A stretch of DNA of 61,162 nucleotides from Collinsella sp. GTDB lineage: Bacteria > Actinomycetota > Coriobacteriia > Coriobacteriales > Coriobacteriaceae. This document shows positions 57,939 to 61,162 of the stretch, one piece after another; position 1 is the stretch's first letter, and every line of letters begins with the position of its first letter. The translations under genes were made by a program, and so were the position numbers. A model generated the notes under the pieces. That model did not search any database. It saw nothing but the letters and a program-made list of their open reading frames with translations, and was not told where the DNA came from. The stretch covers positions 1 to 61,162 of the forward strand of contig JAIIWC010000001.1 of the NCBI GenBank assembly GCA_022745215.1, written 5' to 3'.

Positions 57939-59804
57939 CTACTTCGTGTGCGGGATACCCAGCACGTCGAGCGCGTTGGCCATAATGGACTGGAACGGAA
58001 CCGCAGCGGCATCTGAGCCGCTCGGCGTTCCGTCGAGCGTGATATAGCACAGCACCTTGGGCGATTGTGCCGGTGCAAAGCCCATAAAGGACGACATGTA
58101 GTTCTCCTTGAGGTAGCCGCCGTTCTCGTCGGCACGTTCGGCCGTACCGGTCTTACCCGCCACGTCATAGCCGTCAACCGCGCCGCCAACGCCCGTTCCC
58201 TCGGACACAACCGTCTGCATGCACGATGTCACCTGGGATGCGGCGTCCTCCGAAATCGCGCGCTCGCCTTCGCCCCAGTCCTTCTCGTCGCCTTTGCTGG
58301 ACTTATAGAAGTGCGGGGTCATCATCACGCCGCCGTTGGCGATGCCGCCCACGGCACGTGCGACCTCAATCGGCGAGACAGACAGCGCCTGTCCAAAGCT
58401 CATCGATCCCAGCGTGGCGCCGTCATACTGGTCACGCTCCTTGACGATGCCCAGGCTCTCGCCCGGAAAATCGACACCAGAGCTGTGACCGATGCCCCAC
58501 TTGTCCACATAGGCGGCAAAGTCGTCGGCACCGATCTTGCGCCCCACCAGGACAAATCCCACGTTGGACGAACGGCGCATCATCTCGCGCACATCCATGG
58601 TCATGGCGTAGTCGCGCTTGTCGGCATCGGTGACGGTATCGTCGCCCACCTTGATGCTCGCCGGCACCTCAAACGACGTACTCGACCGCACGACACCCAA
58701 GTCGAAGCCGGCGCCCGCCACGAGCGTCTTAAAGACCGAGCCGGGCTCGTAGGCGTCGGTGACCAGGCGCAGGTTCATATCCTCGGTCTTGGCGTTCTCC
58801 AGATCGGTCTGGTCGTAGGTCGGGTACGAGCAGGCGGCGAGAATTTCACCGGTCGTGGGGTCGGTGACCAAAGCCGAGCCGTTCTTGGCCTTTGTCTTCT
58901 CGACAGCCTCTGCCAGGGCATCCTCGGCCGCTCGCTGGATATTGACGTCGAGCGTCGTCACGATGTCAACGCCGTCGACCGCAGCCACCTTTTTATAGGC
59001 ACCGCCCGCGATATAGCTGCCGTCCCTCGCGCGCTCGCGCACGAGGGAACCGTTCGTGCCGGTCAGAAGCTTGTTGTATTGCTTTTCGAGACCAGTCAAG
59101 CCGTCGTTGTCTACATTCACTACACCCAGCACCTGCGATGCCAGATTGCCGTATGGATATACGCGCTTCATGGCCTGCTCAAAAAGCACGCCGGGCAGGT
59201 TCTTCTTCTCCAGCGCCGCAGCATCGTCTTCGTCCACCTGGCGCTTGATATACACCCAGGTGCCATCGGACTCGACGAGCTTGCGGCAGGTCTTTTTATC
59301 GATTCCAGTTGCCTTGACCAGCGCCGACACCGTCTTGTCAACATCCTCGACAAGCTGCGGGTTCACGGCGATGTTGCGACATTCGACCGACGACGCCAGC
59401 ACGTTACCGTTGCGGTCGTAGATGGTGCCGCGTTTGGCATAGAGGGTCTGTGCAAGAAGGCGGCGCGCATCGGCACGCTCGCGCAGTTTATCGGCTTCGA
59501 CAATTTGATAGTCGGCAAGGCGAAAGACGCCCAAGCCCAAACCAAGCCCGATGAAGCCCATGACGGCTTTGCGGCGAGGCAGAGGCGTGCCTGTGAGCCA
59601 TTCGGTCGACGAACTCTTGCGCGACCTGGTGTTATGCATTTGAGGGCCGTCCGAGCCGCGAAGTCGCGACGCCGGGTCGTTGCCACGGGACTGCCCGGCG
59701 TTGTAAGATTGCCGACCCGTTCCTTGATAACCAGAACGTCCCCGCGACGAGGGACGTCCAGAACCGCGGCCCCCATCGGAACCGCGGCGATAGTCATTTG
59801 TCAT
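57939..59804 (-). CDS. ftsI: Class B penicillin-binding protein FtsI (no PASTA tail seen)
   Basis: RG.I.DRNG, R.YP.G, EPGSVFK, SSN, KTGT. Confidence 0.93.
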   Translation of the reverse strand: MTNDYRRGSDGGRGSGRPSSRGRSGYQGTGRQSYNAGQSRGNDPASRLRGSDGPQMHNTRSRKSSSTEWLTGTPLPRRKAVMGFIGLGLGLGVFRLADYQIVEADKLRERADARRLLAQTLYAKRGTIYDRNGNVLASSVECRNIAVNPQLVEDVDKTVSALVKATGIDKKTCRKLVESDGTWVYIKRQVDEDDAAALEKKNLPGVLFEQAMKRVYPYGNLASQVLGVVNVDNDGLTGLEKQYNKLLTGTNGSLVRERARDGSYIAGGAYKKVAAVDGVDIVTTLDVNIQRAAEDALAEAVEKTKAKNGSALVTDPTTGEILAACSYPTYDQTDLENAKTEDMNLRLVTDAYEPGSVFKTLVAGAGFDLGVVRSSTSFEVPASIKVGDDTVTDADKRDYAMTMDVREMMRRSSNVGFVLVGRKIGADDFAAYVDKWGIGHSSGVDFPGESLGIVKERDQYDGATLGSMSFGQALSVSPIEVARAVGGIANGGVMMTPHFYKSSKGDEKDWGEGERAISEDAASQVTSCMQTVVSEGTGVGGAVDGYDVAGKTGTAERADENGGYLKENYMSSFMGFAPAQSPKVLCYITLDGTPSGSDAAAVPFQSIMANALDVLGIPHTK

Positions 59805-59821
59805 ACTCAGCTACCGTCTTG

Positions 59822-60292
59822 CTACTGAGCGGTCGCGGTCGCGTTGGCGCCCGCGGCTGCATCCTGCGAAAAGTCAAGTGTAACGCTCTCGCTGGGCTCC
59901 ACCATGCCATAAGCGCCCGCAAGGTCGCGAATGCGCGTGTCGGCGCCATAGACCGAATGCATGACCTCCAGGTCGGAGCTCTCATCGGTCGCCTTTTCGA
60001 GCGTGTTGGTAAGCTCGGCGTTGCTGTTGAGCACCTGGGCCGTAACGCCGGCGAGTGCCACGCGGGCGACGCCGATCGTCATGAAGATAGCCGCAATGAT
60101 GCAAAACGTTTTAAGAACGCTCATGAAAACCGGGCTTACCGCCTGGTTTGCCTGACGGCCCGCGCCCGTGTAGACATCAAAGCGCGGCGTGCGCTGCTCG
60201 CGGGGAGCAACGGGGGCCTGCGGTGCCTCACGATAGGCGGGCATGGCGTTCATATCATAGGCGAGTGCTGCGTTTGAGGTGTTATAGCCCAT
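59822..60292 (-). CDS. ftsL: Cell division protein FtsL-like
   Basis: One TM segment plus coiled coil, RI...A...GM; located between rsmH and ftsI. Confidence 0.7.
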   Translation of the reverse strand: MGYNTSNAALAYDMNAMPAYREAPQAPVAPREQRTPRFDVYTGAGRQANQAVSPVFMSVLKTFCIIAAIFMTIGVARVALAGVTAQVLNSNAELTNTLEKATDESSDLEVMHSVYGADTRIRDLAGAYGMVEPSESVTLDFSQDAAAGANATATAQ

Positions 60293-60382
60293 GATATGCC
60301 GCCTCCCATCCCGAGTACGTTGGTAGTGTGTTTAAGCTTCGTTTATAGTGCGAGCGGGAGGTCCAATATCGCGCGGACACGC

Positions 60383-61162
60383 CTACAGGCGCTGCGCCAC
60401 GCGGATCTTGGCTGATCTCGCCCGAGGGTTGCGCTCAACCTCATCAGGTTGGGCAACCAAGGGTTTGCGGGTGATGACCTTGAGTATCGGCACGTTGCCG
60501 CACACGCACACCGGAATTTCCGGCGGACACGTGCACCCCTGGCTCATCTCCTTAAAGTGATTCTTTACGATACGGTCCTCGAGCGAGTGATACGAGATGA
60601 CGCAGATACGTCCGCCCGGGTTGAGCCACCTGGTGGCGGCGTCAAGCCCTCGTTCGAGCACATCGAGCTCGTGATTGACCTCGATGCGAATGGCCTGGAA
60701 ACTCTTTTTGGCCGGATGACCACCATGCCGACGAGCGGCAGCCGGTATTCCAGCCTTGATGATCTCGACAAACTGGCCGGTGGTTTCGATCGGTTCTTGC
60801 TCGCGGCGGCGCACGATCTCGCGCGCAATCTGCGAGGCGAACTTCTCTTCGCCGTAGACGCGTAGAATCCGGGCGAGGTCGTGTTCGTTATAGGTGTTGA
60901 TGACCTCAGCTGCGTTTAAGGTGTTGTTACCCGGATCCATCCGCATGTCCAATGGGGCGTCCTCGTTATACGAAAAGCCCCTGCCAGGGATATCGAGTTG
61001 CGGTGACGAAACGCCCAAGTCAAACAGGAAGCCATCGACCCCGGGCACCTCGGCCGAGCAAAGCAGCTCGTCCAAGTCGCCGAAGTTGCCCTTCAGCAGC
61101 TGGTGCGGTACGCCGGGAACCTCGCGGTCCAGACGGGCGCCAGCGGCCTCGAGGGCCATGTC
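60383..61162 (-). CDS. rsmH: 16S rRNA m4C1402 methyltransferase (5'-truncated by the window end)
   Basis: DLGVSS.Q.D, RGFS, PLDMRM, FQAIRI.VN.EL, HSLEDR, NPRARSAK. Confidence 0.96.
   Translation of the reverse strand, partial: DMALEAAGARLDREVPGVPHQLLKGNFGDLDELLCSAEVPGVDGFLFDLGVSSPQLDIPGRGFSYNEDAPLDMRMDPGNNTLNAAEVINTYNEHDLARILRVYGEEKFASQIAREIVRRREQEPIETTGQFVEIIKAGIPAAARRHGGHPAKKSFQAIRIEVNHELDVLERGLDAATRWLNPGGRICVISYHSLEDRIVKNHFKEMSQGCTCPPEIPVCVCGNVPILKVITRKPLVAQPDEVERNPRARSAKIRVAQRL

Overview
High-GC core-genome segment. Gene content and intergenic repeats suggest a Coriobacteriia actinobacterium such as Collinsella (inference). Left to right it carries: a molybdate uptake/Moco cluster (modB-modA-mog-moeA), a CLC-F fluoride exporter, a lipid kinase, arfB-like, xpt, an MFS exporter, metY, yigZ, RNase P RNA, rpsA, a cysteine desulfidase-like gene, rpiB, ndk, argG/argH, polA, an M18 peptidase, yaaA, TPP riboswitch-thiC-thiD, a bacterial PARG-like gene, pit/DUF47, and the dcw cluster (rsmH to divIVA) with pstSCAB-phoU inserted inside it. 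I found no prophage, IS transposase or CRISPR array. The most notable unannotated signals are: (1) a 24-aa Arg-rich leader peptide ending CGA-CGA-CGA-TAA, with alternative hairpins, upstream of argG (candidate arginine attenuator); (2) strand-specific C-to-T codon 'shadows' downstream of giant hairpins and rnpB; (3) a PARG homologue with QEA in place of the catalytic QEE; (4) ModB fused to a signal-peptide-bearing ~220-aa domain; (5) an apparent ATC start for yggT; (6) a 56-aa ORF between argG and argH; (7) a candidate C-rich sRNA beside rnpB; (8) several dispersed palindromic repeat families.
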